From contig JAFXVB010000028.1 in assembly GCA_017534945.1 (NCBI GenBank), positions 1-36,634 on the forward strand: a DNA stretch of 36,634 nucleotides. Reading direction: 5' to 3'. The position numbers were made by a program, and so were the translations under genes. The notes beneath the pieces were generated by a model. That model saw only the letters and a program-made list of their open reading frames with translations, made no database searches and was not told where the DNA came from. The stretch comes from Alphaproteobacteria bacterium (GTDB taxonomy: Bacteria; Pseudomonadota; Alphaproteobacteria; Rs-D84). This document shows positions 25,465 to 35,646 of the stretch, piece by piece. Position 1 is the stretch's first letter, and the number at the start of each line of letters is the position of its first letter.

Positions 25465-28107
25465 ATGATAAAAAAGAAAGAATTTTCATCGGCCCAGAAT
25501 ATTGCTGCAAATCCACAGGAAAATGTGTGGGTCCAGGCAAATGCTGGAACCGGAAAAACCAGTGTGTTAACCGAACGATTGTTGCGTATTTTATTTCGTA
25601 CGCATGATGTGACTGCGTCTGGTATCTTGTGTTTAACATACACAAACGCTGGGGCGGGCGAAATGCGTAATCGTATTTTGCGTGAACTGAAAAAATGGGC
25701 ATTGTTATCAAATGAGGATATGCGAATATTGCTGGATGGTGTTGCAACAAACAAAAAAATAACCGATAACGATATTGCACATGCGCGGGAAATATTTTTC
25801 ACATATATTGATAAACCAGATATGTTAAAAATAAAAACTGTACATGGTTTTTGTGAAGAAGTTTTACATCGTTTCCCAATAGAGGCACATATATCCCCCG
25901 CATGGAAATTGATAATGGATGCCGACCAAAGGGCGTTGTTATGGGACGCTTTTAATGACATGATTTTAAACCCTGCAAACGAACATGTGGAGTTAGCTTT
26001 TTCACATCTTTTAAATCGCGTTTCTGAATACACAATTGACAATTTATTGGGAATTTTAAGTGAACATTACAAAGATTTCTTTGATATAACAAATTATATT
26101 AAATATCGCAAATACTTTGTTGACACAACGACGAATTTTTTAAAAATCAATAATGAAATATCTATGGAAAAGCCGCTTCAAAAACTTGAAAATATTGTGG
26201 TGGTTGCGCGTGAAAAGCAATCCAAAAAAAATCCGCCAAAATATTTACAAGATGTCATCGATTTAACCACAAAATATATTAAAAATTTGATTAGTTTTGA
26301 TGAATATAAATCTGTATATTTGACCAAGGCCGGCACTAAAAATTCGAACATATCAAAACAAGATTTTTTGGTGGACGAACAATCGCGTGTCTTTGCATTG
26401 AACGAATATATGGAAAATAAAAAGATATTTGACGATACGATTGCTTTGTTTGATTTGTCTGGGGCATTCGCACAAAGTTATATGGGCATCAAACGCGCCC
26501 GTAATATTTTGGATTTCGAAGATTTGATTTTGTACACGCGCAAATTATTCAGTAATCCTGATACTATGGGGTGGATATTATCACAAATGGATGTGTCATT
26601 GTCGCATATTTTGGTTGACGAAGCCCAAGATACAAGTCCGGCGCAATGGGATATTATCCGCATGTTGACCGGCGATTTCTTTGATAATGGGGATAATACA
26701 GATTTGCCACGTTCGTTGTTTGTTGTTGGTGATACAAAGCAGTCTATATACGGTTTCCAGGGGGCCGATCCGGTTGCTTTTATTAAAAGTCGTGATGATA
26801 TTGCGGCGCAAATTGAAAACAATTATCGGGTTATTCGCGATATTCCGTTGGATCAAAACTTTCGTTCTTTGCCGTCTGTGCTTTACGCGGTTGATACATT
26901 TTTCAAAGATGATATCGTAAAAGGTACCAGTGGTTTTATCAATCAAACTCATAAATGTTTTCGCGTGCACGACGGTACCGGTGCGGTTGAATTGCATCGA
27001 TTAAATGCCAAAGGAATCAGTGGCGACGATGTTCGTGATTATGTAAAAACGATTGCAGATAAAATATCCAATCTTGTTGGTTCTGGGGCATACAGACCAG
27101 ATGATATAATGGTTTTGGTGCAAAATCGTCGTCCGTTTGTAAATCCATTGGTTGCGGAATTAAAAAAACGCAATATCGATGTCGCGGGCAGTGATCGCAT
27201 AGTTTTACCAAATTTTCCGGCAATTCGTGATTTATTAAATTTGACTCGGTTTTGCCTAAATACCGCTGATGATTATTCTTTGTGTTGTGTGTTAAAAAGT
27301 CCATTATACAGGTTTACAGAAACCGACATTTATAAGCTATGCAAATTAAAAAACGATGCGGTGCGTGCGATAAAACAATCTGGGGATACGACAAATATTC
27401 CGTCTATTTATAATTTATTGCCGACATTTAATATGGATGTGTATAACGATTTAACAAATCTTGTTAATGTGGCGGCAAAACTTGCACCTTATTCGTTTTT
27501 CAGTTTTGTTTTGCGTAATAATAACACGCGTCAAAAAATGATTTCGGCGTTGGGAAATCAAATTTTGGATCCATTGGAAGAATTTATGACAATATGTTTG
27601 GCGTACGAAAGGACGCAAAGCGGCACATTGCGCGAATTTTTGAAATGGTTTATAACCGGTGGTGCCGAAGTGAAACGCGATATGGATGCGACATCTGGGG
27701 TGCGTGTTGTGACTGTGCATGGCAGCAAAGGTCTGGAAGCACCGGTTGTGTTTTTAATTGATACGGTGCGCACACCGGATGCAGATAAAATCGTTAAATT
27801 GCCATGCAATCCAAACCCAGAATTTAAAACACCATGGATTTGGATGGTTGCGGGCGCAACAAAAACAGAAAGCGCACAAACCGCTTTGGATAAACAATCC
27901 CAAGAACAAATTGCCGAATATTATCGGTTGTTATATGTTGCGATGACGCGTGCCAGGGATGAATTATATATCTATGGATACACACCCAACAAAAATCCAA
28001 CATCTTTGTCATGGCATGCAAATTTGTGGCGTGTATTTGGCGGTATTTATAATGCAACCGAAAACCAAGAATATATCAGGATAGAATATGACAAATCAAA
28101 TAAATGA
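25465..28107 (+). CDS. addA: AddA-like UvrD helicase (helicase moiety only)
   Basis: VWVQANAGTGKTSVL, CLTYTNAGAGEM, HILVDEAQDT, VGDTKQSIYGFQGA, TVHGSKGLEAPVV, RLLYVAMTRA. Confidence 0.92.
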   Translation: MIKKKEFSSAQNIAANPQENVWVQANAGTGKTSVLTERLLRILFRTHDVTASGILCLTYTNAGAGEMRNRILRELKKWALLSNEDMRILLDGVATNKKITDNDIAHAREIFFTYIDKPDMLKIKTVHGFCEEVLHRFPIEAHISPAWKLIMDADQRALLWDAFNDMILNPANEHVELAFSHLLNRVSEYTIDNLLGILSEHYKDFFDITNYIKYRKYFVDTTTNFLKINNEISMEKPLQKLENIVVVAREKQSKKNPPKYLQDVIDLTTKYIKNLISFDEYKSVYLTKAGTKNSNISKQDFLVDEQSRVFALNEYMENKKIFDDTIALFDLSGAFAQSYMGIKRARNILDFEDLILYTRKLFSNPDTMGWILSQMDVSLSHILVDEAQDTSPAQWDIIRMLTGDFFDNGDNTDLPRSLFVVGDTKQSIYGFQGADPVAFIKSRDDIAAQIENNYRVIRDIPLDQNFRSLPSVLYAVDTFFKDDIVKGTSGFINQTHKCFRVHDGTGAVELHRLNAKGISGDDVRDYVKTIADKISNLVGSGAYRPDDIMVLVQNRRPFVNPLVAELKKRNIDVAGSDRIVLPNFPAIRDLLNLTRFCLNTADDYSLCCVLKSPLYRFTETDIYKLCKLKNDAVRAIKQSGDTTNIPSIYNLLPTFNMDVYNDLTNLVNVAAKLAPYSFFSFVLRNNNTRQKMISALGNQILDPLEEFMTICLAYERTQSGTLREFLKWFITGGAEVKRDMDATSGVRVVTVHGSKGLEAPVVFLIDTVRTPDADKIVKLPCNPNPEFKTPWIWMVAGATKTESAQTALDKQSQEQIAEYYRLLYVAMTRARDELYIYGYTPNKNPTSLSWHANLWRVFGGIYNATENQEYIRIEYDKSNK

Positions 28108-28528
28108 TTTTATTAAAAATGCGACTGCAACCGAATTTGCTACAAACGCAGGGCGCGCAATGCATGTTAAATTACAACATGTGCGCATTGGTGCGATACC
28201 TGTGGGTGACGCTGAATTAATCGCCAAGATTGAAAAAAATGAAACTTTAAAATCTTTTTTTGGTGAAAATTCGCGTGCCGAAGTCCCAATTGCCGGAATT
28301 ATAAACGGTCATTTTGTATCTCGGCGTATTGATAGGTTGGTTGTGGACGACGCGGCAAAAACTGTGCGCGTTTTGGATTATAAAACAGATGTTGATACAG
28401 AAAAATTCCGTCCAAAATATATTGCACAAATAAAAGAATATATTGAATTACTGAAACAGATTTATCCGGGTTATAAAATTTCTGGGGCGATTTTATGGTT
28501 GCGTAATTGGACAATTGAAAATATATAA
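28088..28528 (+). CDS. PD-(D/E)XK RecB-family nuclease, the AddA nuclease domain as a separate ORF
   Basis: GRAMH, AEVPIAG, RIDRLVV, VLDYKTD, QIKEY..IYPG; AGGA upstream of the ATG. Confidence 0.88.
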   Translation: MTNQINDFIKNATATEFATNAGRAMHVKLQHVRIGAIPVGDAELIAKIEKNETLKSFFGENSRAEVPIAGIINGHFVSRRIDRLVVDDAAKTVRVLDYKTDVDTEKFRPKYIAQIKEYIELLKQIYPGYKISGAILWLRNWTIENI

Positions 28529-28569
28529 AAAACTTGAAATTTTGCGTTTTATACGATTATAATTCGGGT

Positions 28570-30228
28570 ATGCTGATAAACCTTAATATTTCTAATATAG
28601 TTTTAATTGAAAAACTGAATCTGGAATTCGGTGGGGGCTTAAATATTTTAACCGGTGAAACAGGTGCCGGTAAAAGTATTTTGATGGACGCGTTATCGTT
28701 GGCACTTGGCGCACGCAGTGATATTGGTTTAATCCGTCATGGGTGTGATATGGCATCGGTTGCCGCTGAATTTGATAATGTTGGCGATTTGGTTAAAACT
28801 ATATTGGATGAAAACGGTTTGGAATATGATGAAACGCTTGTGTTGCGCCGAACACTTGGCGTGGACGGTAAAAGTCGGGCATGGATAAATGATATGCCGG
28901 TGTCTGTTCGTGTGTTAAAAGAAGTTGGCGATGCATTGGTTGAAATTCATGGTCAATTTGCAAATCATACATTATTGAATCCTGGGACGCATCGTCCAAC
29001 ATTGGATGCGTTTGCGGCATTGTATAACCCAAAGTTTATTGAAACGCAAAACGCAACCCGCGCGGCATATAATAAATTGCATGCGGTTGAAACAAAAATC
29101 ACAGAATTACAGGATTTAATATCGCGTGCGGCGGCTGAACACGATTTTTTGGAACATAATGTTGCGGAACTTCGTGCGTTAAAGGTTCGTGTTGGTGAAG
29201 AAGATGAATTGGCGACTGCGCGTGCAAATATGATGAACGCCGAAAAAAATGCGGCGATATTAAATGATGCGATTGACGCATTAAATCCAAATGGAAATTC
29301 TTTGGAATCGCAAATTTGTACTGTGGCGCATATACTTGAACGCGTGCATGGTGATGGTGGTGAAAATCCGTATAGGGCGCAAATTGATAATTTATACGAT
29401 GCTGCGCAAATTGTTGCGAATATATCTGGCGAAATAAAACCTGAATCCACCGATATTGGTACAATTGATGAAATCGAAGAAAGATTATTTGCAATTCGTG
29501 GGTTGGCAAGAAAACATCGGGTTGCGGCGGACGAATTGCCAAATAAATTGATTGAAATGGAAAGTGCGCTAAATAAAATCGATAATTCCGCCGCCGAATT
29601 ACAAAAACTACAGAAAGAATTGGGTGTGGCAAAACAAGAATTTGATGCGTGTGCCACGAATTTAAGTCAAATGCGTGTGGATGCGGCCGCGGCAATGCGC
29701 GAACGAATTTTGGCTGAATTGCCGGATTTAAAACTTGGCTCGGCCGATTTTATGGTTGAAATAACAAAAGTCGCCCCAAACGCGAACGGCATTGATGATG
29801 TATTGTTTATGATAAAGACGAACCCCGGCACCCCATTTGCGCCGTTGAACAAATCGGCATCTGGCGGCGAATTGGCGCGTTTTATGCTGGCGTTGCGCGT
29901 GGTATTGGCGGGCGGGGCGGATTCGCATACTTTTGTGTTTGATGAAATTGATACCGGTATCAGCGGCGCGACCGCATCTGCGGTGGGATTGCGATTAAAT
30001 AAATTGGCAAAATCGTCCCAGGCTTTGGTGATAACCCACTCGGCCCAGGTTGCAGGCTATGCCGATCGTCATTACAAAATTGCAAAGCATGTTGATAATG
30101 ACAAAACGATAACAACGGTTAATGAAATCACCGGTGATGACCGGTTAAATGAAATTGCCCGAATAATCAGTGGCGCCGAAATTACCGACGCATCATTAAA
30201 TATGGCCCGCACACTTATCAAGGATTAA
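28570..30228 (+). CDS. recN: DNA repair protein RecN
   Basis: LTGETGAGKSIL, EIHGQ, ASGGELARFMLAL, VFDEIDTGISG, VITHSAQVA, EIARIISG. Confidence 0.97.
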   Translation: MLINLNISNIVLIEKLNLEFGGGLNILTGETGAGKSILMDALSLALGARSDIGLIRHGCDMASVAAEFDNVGDLVKTILDENGLEYDETLVLRRTLGVDGKSRAWINDMPVSVRVLKEVGDALVEIHGQFANHTLLNPGTHRPTLDAFAALYNPKFIETQNATRAAYNKLHAVETKITELQDLISRAAAEHDFLEHNVAELRALKVRVGEEDELATARANMMNAEKNAAILNDAIDALNPNGNSLESQICTVAHILERVHGDGGENPYRAQIDNLYDAAQIVANISGEIKPESTDIGTIDEIEERLFAIRGLARKHRVAADELPNKLIEMESALNKIDNSAAELQKLQKELGVAKQEFDACATNLSQMRVDAAAAMRERILAELPDLKLGSADFMVEITKVAPNANGIDDVLFMIKTNPGTPFAPLNKSASGGELARFMLALRVVLAGGADSHTFVFDEIDTGISGATASAVGLRLNKLAKSSQALVITHSAQVAGYADRHYKIAKHVDNDKTITTVNEITGDDRLNEIARIISGAEITDASLNMARTLIKD

Positions 30229-30256
30229 AATAAACGCCCGATTGGGCGTTTGTTTT
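30228..30256. terminator. Bidirectional terminator
   Basis: aaataaacgccc-gatt-gggcgtttgttt between convergent genes. Confidence 0.85.
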
Positions 30257-30578
30257 ATCTGCGTTTGCCACTGCGAACTGCGTTGTTTACATCTGTGGTC
30301 AATCGAGTTATCAATAAAGATAAAATAAAATTTAATTGTTTTAGTTGACCCATATTCGTTCCAAATGTTGCAGAATCAGCAATAATTTCGCCATTATATT
30401 TAATCACGCGCCGTTGGTTATTGTATGCTTCGATAGAATAATTATTACCACCGCGCACCAAAGTATATTCGCGCATATCTTTACGATACATGACATCTGG
30501 TCGATATTTTTTGTCATTTATCGCGTGAATTAAATCTTCTTTTTGTTCTTGTGTCAAAGTAATCATTTCAGGGCTCAT
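30255..30578 (-). CDS. Hypothetical protein (107 aa)
   Basis: AAAGGAGG RBS and a promoter at 30609-30637; no family recognised. Confidence 0.75.
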   Translation of the reverse strand: MSPEMITLTQEQKEDLIHAINDKKYRPDVMYRKDMREYTLVRGGNNYSIEAYNNQRRVIKYNGEIIADSATFGTNMGQLKQLNFILSLLITRLTTDVNNAVRSGKRR

Positions 30579-30657
30579 AAAGTCCTCCTTTGGTTATCTT
30601 CAATATATAATGTAATACAAAACAGATGCTTTGTCAATGTATTGTGTGCGACAAAAT

Positions 30658-30685
30658 AAAAACGCCAAAATCGGCGTTTTTTTTT
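30658..30685. terminator. Terminator downstream of xseA
   Basis: aaaaacgcc-aaaatc-ggcgttttt. Confidence 0.7.
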
Positions 30686-30740
30686 ACAGACACATTTGTA
30701 CATGGTTTTGTTTTTATTTTTGCCCAATATCCTGTATATA

Positions 30741-31973
30741 TCATAATTTGATTACTCCGTCTTTGAATTCTATGCTTGCGGGGACGCCCGTATTAGAACT
30801 TATAATTTTACCCGCCTTATTGCGAACAATTGCATACCCGCGTGCCAAAACATTTTTATAACTCAGCGAATTTAACATTGTTCCCAAATGTATAATTGCC
30901 TGATTTAACATATTCATTTTGTTTGCCAAAATATTTGGAAAAGTTGCCACGACATCGATTTTCTGGCGCGCCATTTTCATTTTATTTGATATAATTAAAT
31001 CCATGGTACGCGCGACATCGTCAATTCTTTGTCCCCATTCCATAACAACTTGTTTTGGACTTTTAATAGAAATATTTTCTATTTTTTGTTTTATGCCGAC
31101 CAAACGTGTTGCGAATACAGTATCTAAACGATGCGACAAATTATCTAAATCTTGAATCAGTGATAACTTTGTTGGCACAACCATTTCGGCGGCACCGGTG
31201 GGTGTTGGTGCGCGTACATCGGCGGCAAAGTCAATCAACATCCAATCAGGTTCATGTCCCACCCCAGATATCAATGGAATATGACTTGCGGCGGCGGCGC
31301 GAACGACTATTTCCTCACTAAATGGCAACAAATCTTCCAATGCACCGCCACCACGTGCCACGATAATTACATCAACATTATTCATTTTGTTAAAGTATTC
31401 GATACCGGCTGCGACCTCACGCGCGGCGGTTTCACCTTGGACGGTGGCCGGATACAATAAAACATGCACAGGGAATCTTTCGCGCAGGCGATTTTGAATA
31501 TCTTGGAAAGCGGCACCGGTTGGGCTTGTCACGACACCAATAGTTTGTGGCAATTTCGGTAAAGGCTTTTTACGGGATTCATCAAACAGTCCTTCTGCGG
31601 CTAATTTGCGTTTGCGTTCTTCCAACATTTTAAGAATTGCACCGACACCCGCCATTTCAATGTCGTTAACAATTAATTGATAATTACTGCGCGCGGGATA
31701 TGTTGTGAATTTCCCAGTGACGATAACCTCCATCCCTTCTTCTAATTTAAAAGGTACCGGTGTACTGCGCCAAATAATAACATTTATAACCGCGCCGGCG
31801 TCTTTGACCGACATATAAATATGCCCCGATGTCGCACGTGTAATACCCGACAATTCGCCGCGTATGCGTATGGTTGGAAATGCGGTTTCAACAACGGTTT
31901 TTAACAAAGCCGATGCGTCGCTGACGCTGAAAATCATATCTGGTTTAACAAAAGGTGCGGGTTTTTCGAGCAT
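30741..31973 (-). CDS. xseA: Exodeoxyribonuclease VII large subunit
   Basis: IRGELSG..SGHIY, IGVVTSPTGAAFQDI, IIVARGGG, ISGVGHE, DFAADVRAPTPTGAAE, VLARGYAIV. Confidence 0.96.
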   Translation of the reverse strand: MLEKPAPFVKPDMIFSVSDASALLKTVVETAFPTIRIRGELSGITRATSGHIYMSVKDAGAVINVIIWRSTPVPFKLEEGMEVIVTGKFTTYPARSNYQLIVNDIEMAGVGAILKMLEERKRKLAAEGLFDESRKKPLPKLPQTIGVVTSPTGAAFQDIQNRLRERFPVHVLLYPATVQGETAAREVAAGIEYFNKMNNVDVIIVARGGGALEDLLPFSEEIVVRAAAASHIPLISGVGHEPDWMLIDFAADVRAPTPTGAAEMVVPTKLSLIQDLDNLSHRLDTVFATRLVGIKQKIENISIKSPKQVVMEWGQRIDDVARTMDLIISNKMKMARQKIDVVATFPNILANKMNMLNQAIIHLGTMLNSLSYKNVLARGYAIVRNKAGKIISSNTGVPASIEFKDGVIKL

Positions 31974-31984
31974 ATCTTTTAACT

Positions 31985-32497
31985 TTATATTCTTGGGTTA
32001 GTGGCACGAATTGCTTCTATAAAACGATGTGCCATCATATCATCTTTGTATCCTTTTGGAACGATGCGTCCAATATCATACGGAATCTGAGAAACACCGT
32101 CAACACTAAATTGATCAAAGGTCAAATCAAATACAGTCTTTGACGGTTTATGGTATAAAAAATGATGTGGGCCATATGTCCATAATTCATCAATATACCG
32201 CAATTGCCAATCTTGTGGTTTATTATTACCACTGTTCATAATATTGGCAAAAGCCATACTGGATGCGCGACAAAAACTGGTTGAATCGTATCGAAATATA
32301 CGCGATACATCGCCAAATTGTTGAAGTTCCGGCCCCAATGTCGCTTGTTTAATTGCCGGCCATTGAAAAGCATCACGAAAAATCCGGGTCAAATGTGTTG
32401 CCAACATTTTGTCATCGGGTGTCATCTTCATTTTGGAAATAGATTCCAATAACTTTTGTGTCGCTTGTTTATATAAAAATTCTTTTTCAGGTAACAT
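31985..32497 (-). CDS. Hypothetical protein, possible Cys-His-Asp (transglutaminase/papain-like) fold
   Basis: FCRASS ... HHFL ... VFDLTFDQF spacing. Confidence 0.55.
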   Translation of the reverse strand: MLPEKEFLYKQATQKLLESISKMKMTPDDKMLATHLTRIFRDAFQWPAIKQATLGPELQQFGDVSRIFRYDSTSFCRASSMAFANIMNSGNNKPQDWQLRYIDELWTYGPHHFLYHKPSKTVFDLTFDQFSVDGVSQIPYDIGRIVPKGYKDDMMAHRFIEAIRATNPRI

Positions 32498-32565
32498 ATC
32501 AATCCAGATTTTATCAAACTGTAAACAAATTGCAATTTTATAATTTGTATAGTATAATTTACACT

Positions 32566-33495
32566 ATGAATATCAAAGGAAATCTTATAAATACGAATAA
32601 ACCACGCGACAGTATTGTTGTTGCGGATTCTGGTACGGATGGTGTTGTAAAAATGCCAAATACAACCCGTCCGGCGTATATATCAAATTGGTTAAACAAA
32701 CAACGTCATGCGCGAACAGTTGTTAATTTTATATACGGCAATGAACACCGGTGTGGCGGCTATTTTGTACCGAAAATTAAAGAAATTGGTAATTCTATTA
32801 AACATCCATATGTTCTTGAACAGCGGGCGCCGGGTTATGCATTGACCAAAGATTTTTTTGATTCTTTATCACCAAATGCCCAGGACAAGATTTATCAAAG
32901 TTTGGCCAACTTTGTTTATGATATGAATCATTGTCGTCCGGTTTTAACATTGCAACAAAAATTATCAATGCCAAACGAATCCGGATTTGATTTTAATGAT
33001 GTGTTAAAAGGTGTGGAATCATATCTTGATGAAAAAGAAATTGCACAAATTAATAACGCATATAATTTCTTTGAATCACACCCGGAACTTACATCTTCGG
33101 TTGTGTTTTTTCATGGTGATATGAACGAAAATAATATTTTTTATGATGTATCAACCGACACTGTGTCTTTTCTTGATTTTGCAGAGGCCACATACGAAAC
33201 GATTGAATATATTTTTAATCATGATTTAATAAAATTGCCATGGTTGGATACTGATAAATTATTAAAGATATATCAAAAAATATCTATAAACGATAATGTT
33301 CGTATTAAATCTCATCCGGCAATGATTGGTTTATACGATGCTTTGCGTGCATTTAGATGGACGGGCGAATCCATGATTGCAAATGCAAACGCGGCAAAAA
33401 TGTATGAAAATATTTTACATGAAAATGTCAAAAAGGTGACAAACGCATATGGCGCGGTTGTTGCCATGTTCCGTCAAAATATACAAACTTTATAG
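32566..33495 (+). CDS. Aminoglycoside phosphotransferase/choline kinase-like protein
   Basis: Brenner motif FFHGDMNENNIF and LDFAEA; start at 32566 follows TTGCAA-17-TATAAT. Confidence 0.8.
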   Translation: MNIKGNLINTNKPRDSIVVADSGTDGVVKMPNTTRPAYISNWLNKQRHARTVVNFIYGNEHRCGGYFVPKIKEIGNSIKHPYVLEQRAPGYALTKDFFDSLSPNAQDKIYQSLANFVYDMNHCRPVLTLQQKLSMPNESGFDFNDVLKGVESYLDEKEIAQINNAYNFFESHPELTSSVVFFHGDMNENNIFYDVSTDTVSFLDFAEATYETIEYIFNHDLIKLPWLDTDKLLKIYQKISINDNVRIKSHPAMIGLYDALRAFRWTGESMIANANAAKMYENILHENVKKVTNAYGAVVAMFRQNIQTL

Positions 33496-34617
33496 TTCTG
33501 TAAGCGGCCAACGGGGGCGGGGTGCAATGGGTTCTTGAACAATATTCCCAATGCGCCAATTTTCAATACCGGCCCACGCAATCATTGCGCCGTTATCTGT
33601 GCATAAATTCATTGGTGGTGCCGCAAAAATCATATTTTTTGTTGTGGCCAATTTTTCCATTGCTGCGCGTATTGCACTGTTTTTCGCAACGCCACCCGCA
33701 ACAACTAAAGTTTTTGGTTTAACCTGTTTTACAATTTCTGTGTCCATTGCGTGATTTAATCGATTGATAATACAATCAACGACCGCCGATTGAAAAGACG
33801 CACAAAAATCATTTATAAATTCATCGTTGACCTGTTCTGTATTTTTATCCAGCATAATGCGTGCCGCAGTTTTTATACCACTGAACGAAAAATCACAGTT
33901 TGGTTTATCACACAATGGGCGCGGAAAGTGAAAACGTTTTGGATTTCCCATTTGTGCGCGTTTATCAACAATTGGGCCACCTGGATATCCCAATCCCAAC
34001 ATTTTTGAAACTTTATCAAATGCTTCGCCGGCACTATCGTCAATTGTTTGACCAATCAATTCGTATTTTCCAACACCGCGTACCAATAAAATCTGGCAAT
34101 GTCCACCCGATGCCAACATCAAAAGGTAAGGGAAATCCACAGATGCACCTTTGCCAGTCCCATTTGCCGCTGTTGCAGACAAACGCGGTACCAATGCGTG
34201 TCCTTCCAAATGATTTACTGCAACAAGTGGTTTGCCCGTTGATTGTGCAATACCAGTTGCAGCCATCCAGCCGACCAAAACCCCGCCAATCAATCCGGGT
34301 CCCGCTGTTGCTGCAATAACATCAATGTCATCAATGTTTTTGCCTGCCGCATCAAGCGTTTGTTTTACAACTGTATCAATCGCCAAAATATGTGCGCGTG
34401 CCGCTAATTCAGGCACCACACCACCGTATTTTTGATGTTCCGGAATTTGAGAATAAACGATATGCGCCAACACATTACGATTTGAATCCACAATCGCCGC
34501 CGATGTTTCATCACACGAAGATTCAATACCTAAACACAAAACAGGTTTGCCCGCCGCGTGTGTATTGCTCTGCATGGTGCCCATATCCATTTTAATAATA
34601 GTGTTGTTATCTGTCAT
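33490..34617 (-). CDS. tsaD: tRNA N6-adenosine threonylcarbamoyltransferase TsaD
   Basis: LGIESSCDETSAA, GGVVPELAARAH, NHLEGH, SGGH, DDSAGEAFDK, GYPGGP, CTDNGAMIA. Confidence 0.97.
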   Translation of the reverse strand: MTDNNTIIKMDMGTMQSNTHAAGKPVLCLGIESSCDETSAAIVDSNRNVLAHIVYSQIPEHQKYGGVVPELAARAHILAIDTVVKQTLDAAGKNIDDIDVIAATAGPGLIGGVLVGWMAATGIAQSTGKPLVAVNHLEGHALVPRLSATAANGTGKGASVDFPYLLMLASGGHCQILLVRGVGKYELIGQTIDDSAGEAFDKVSKMLGLGYPGGPIVDKRAQMGNPKRFHFPRPLCDKPNCDFSFSGIKTAARIMLDKNTEQVNDEFINDFCASFQSAVVDCIINRLNHAMDTEIVKQVKPKTLVVAGGVAKNSAIRAAMEKLATTKNMIFAAPPMNLCTDNGAMIAWAGIENWRIGNIVQEPIAPRPRWPLTEL

Positions 34618-35311
34618 TTTTTATTTCCAGTAATGTTATACCAAGATTATTTTTATTTTTCATAAGTTTACTAATATATTCTTGAAAATCAACATCTATA
34701 ACGCGCTTTTCTTTACGCGATGCATGCCGCAGAATTCCGTTTGGTAATAAAAATCCCATATGGCGCACCGCCAAATCTGTGCCGATTTTTTTACGGATTT
34801 TTTCGCTGTCGATAATGAACAGAACAACCACAGGTTTTGATACTTTTATATCATGCACATTTGCATATGGGATATATTCCATATTTATATTACGTGGCAC
34901 AAAATTTGTATCAATATTATGAAGTGTTTTAAACCATTTTGCCTTATCTATTGTGATATTGCGTGTGGTGGTTGCCGCATATTGATTGCTTACATTTTCT
35001 ACAAAGTTTGAATTATTTTCTAACCAATCTGTTTCAATAAAGTGATTACGATTTACAAAATCTGGATTTCCATCACGATACCTAATTTTATTCAGTTTAT
35101 TGATATTGCCGCCCGATAAAGATGTTTCAACAAATGTCACGCAATCAAAGGCGTCAAACCGAATTAATGGGTCGAAATCTGGGGCTTTTTCTTCGCCCAA
35201 TGGATTATCTTTATAATGCGCGCCTAAAAAATTCGCACCAATATCATCGTATGAATTATGACCAGAACAACCAACCAATACAAAAATAACAGGTAATATC
35301 AGCCGGCGCAT
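34607..35311 (-). CDS. DUF1460 / NlpC-P60-like amidase lipoprotein
   Basis: Lipobox LVGC, FDCVTFVET, NRNHF, VRHMGF, LRHAS. Confidence 0.82.
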   Translation of the reverse strand: MRRLILPVIFVLVGCSGHNSYDDIGANFLGAHYKDNPLGEEKAPDFDPLIRFDAFDCVTFVETSLSGGNINKLNKIRYRDGNPDFVNRNHFIETDWLENNSNFVENVSNQYAATTTRNITIDKAKWFKTLHNIDTNFVPRNINMEYIPYANVHDIKVSKPVVVLFIIDSEKIRKKIGTDLAVRHMGFLLPNGILRHASRKEKRVIDVDFQEYISKLMKNKNNLGITLLEIKNDR

Positions 35312-35312
35312 T

Positions 35313-35633
35313 TTAATTGTTTTCCCGTAACTGAATACCCATATTGCATAATTTAACAGCATCACGTACGGCAAATTCGCCAGAATCATTGAAAGTTGAC
35401 ATTTTATCAACGCATCCCACAATTAATTCTGTGTTTTGCGTGCTGTCTGTTAAAAGTTGAACAGTTGCAGTTTTGCGTTCAATTGAACTTTCTGTCCATT
35501 TTTGCAAATCTGCATTTTCCAAACTTGCTGACCTGTATTGCAACATAAAGAACAAAGGAATCACAACAATCAAAACGGCAATACCAATAATCAACTTAAA
35601 ATTTTTCTTTAAATAATCAATAATTTTATCCAT
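35313..35633 (-). CDS. Hypothetical single-TM protein (alternative start 35654)
   Basis: GGAGG RBS before 35633; TM LIIGIAVLIVVIPLFFML; operon-like packing. Confidence 0.7.
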   Translation of the reverse strand: MDKIIDYLKKNFKLIIGIAVLIVVIPLFFMLQYRSASLENADLQKWTESSIERKTATVQLLTDSTQNTELIVGCVDKMSTFNDSGEFAVRDAVKLCNMGIQLRENN

Positions 35634-35646
35634 TTCCCCCTCCATT

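Noticed and set aside
32566-33495. Aminoglycoside resistance gene call
   Set aside because: Only the generic APH/choline-kinase catalytic motifs are visible; substrate cannot be inferred.
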